From Podarcis bocagei (Eukaryota), in the NCBI GenBank assembly GCA_964188305.1, contig OZ076887.1: DNA of 63,842 bases; one strand, 5' to 3'. Position 1 is the stretch's first letter. Each line of letters opens with the position of its first letter. The notes under the pieces were generated by a model, which saw nothing but the letters and a program-made list of their open reading frames with translations, was not told the DNA's origin and ran no database searches. Below are positions 63,747 through 63,842 of this stretch, in pieces. Made by a program: the position numbers and the translations under genes.

Positions 63747-63842
63747 ATCCTTGCTTTGGCAGCGCACAAAATGAAATTGGAACAATATAGAAAAGGTTAG
63801 CAGGGCCCCTGTGAGGGGATAGCAGACAAATTCATGAAGTAT
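63747..63842 (+). pseudogene. U6 snRNA pseudogene (degenerate, runs off window end)
   Basis: CTTGCTTTGGCAGCGCAC...AAATTGGAACAATATAGAAAAGGTTAGCAGGGCCCCTG...CAAATTCATGAAG is collinear with U6. The ACAGAGA box is mutated to ATAGAAA. Confidence 0.9.

Noticed and set aside
1-63842. The many 60-170 aa ORFs in the six-frame track as genes
   Set aside because: None resembles a host protein I recognise. Many use non-ATG starts or run through microsatellites and TEs, as expected by chance in vertebrate non-coding DNA.
63747-63842. Functional U6 gene
   Set aside because: The ACAGAGA box and many conserved positions are mutated, and no convincing PSE/TATA arrangement is seen upstream.

Overview
This is eukaryotic, vertebrate, essentially non-coding DNA, either a large intron or an intergenic region. 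The repeat content points to a squamate reptile, most likely a lacertid lizard (Podarcis/Lacerta-like): Sauria SINE, MIR-derived Squam3-type SINEs, CR1, L2, L1, RTE/BovB LINEs, and hAT, Tc1/mariner and Harbinger-like MITEs. That assignment comes from recognising the repeat families, not from a search. I found no host protein-coding exon I can support. The only long ORF (651 aa, minus strand) is a young 5'-truncated CR1 reverse transcriptase fused in frame to 39 codons of the older L2 into which it inserted. Other well-supported items are a solo LTR with a perfect 5-bp target-site duplication (TSD), an L1 3' end with a 17-bp TSD, several hAT elements with 8-bp TSDs, a multi-level TE nest at 26.6-27.5 kb, and a decayed U6 snRNA copy at the window end. 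There is also a ~125-bp Penelope-type insert carrying a hammerhead-ribozyme motif, nested in a mariner-type MITE. Several TE-free, homeobox-motif-rich blocks could be conserved enhancers, but that cannot be shown from one sequence. I do not see evidence for a wholly new biological system; the ribozyme-bearing mini-element and the cargo-carrying hAT elements are the best leads.
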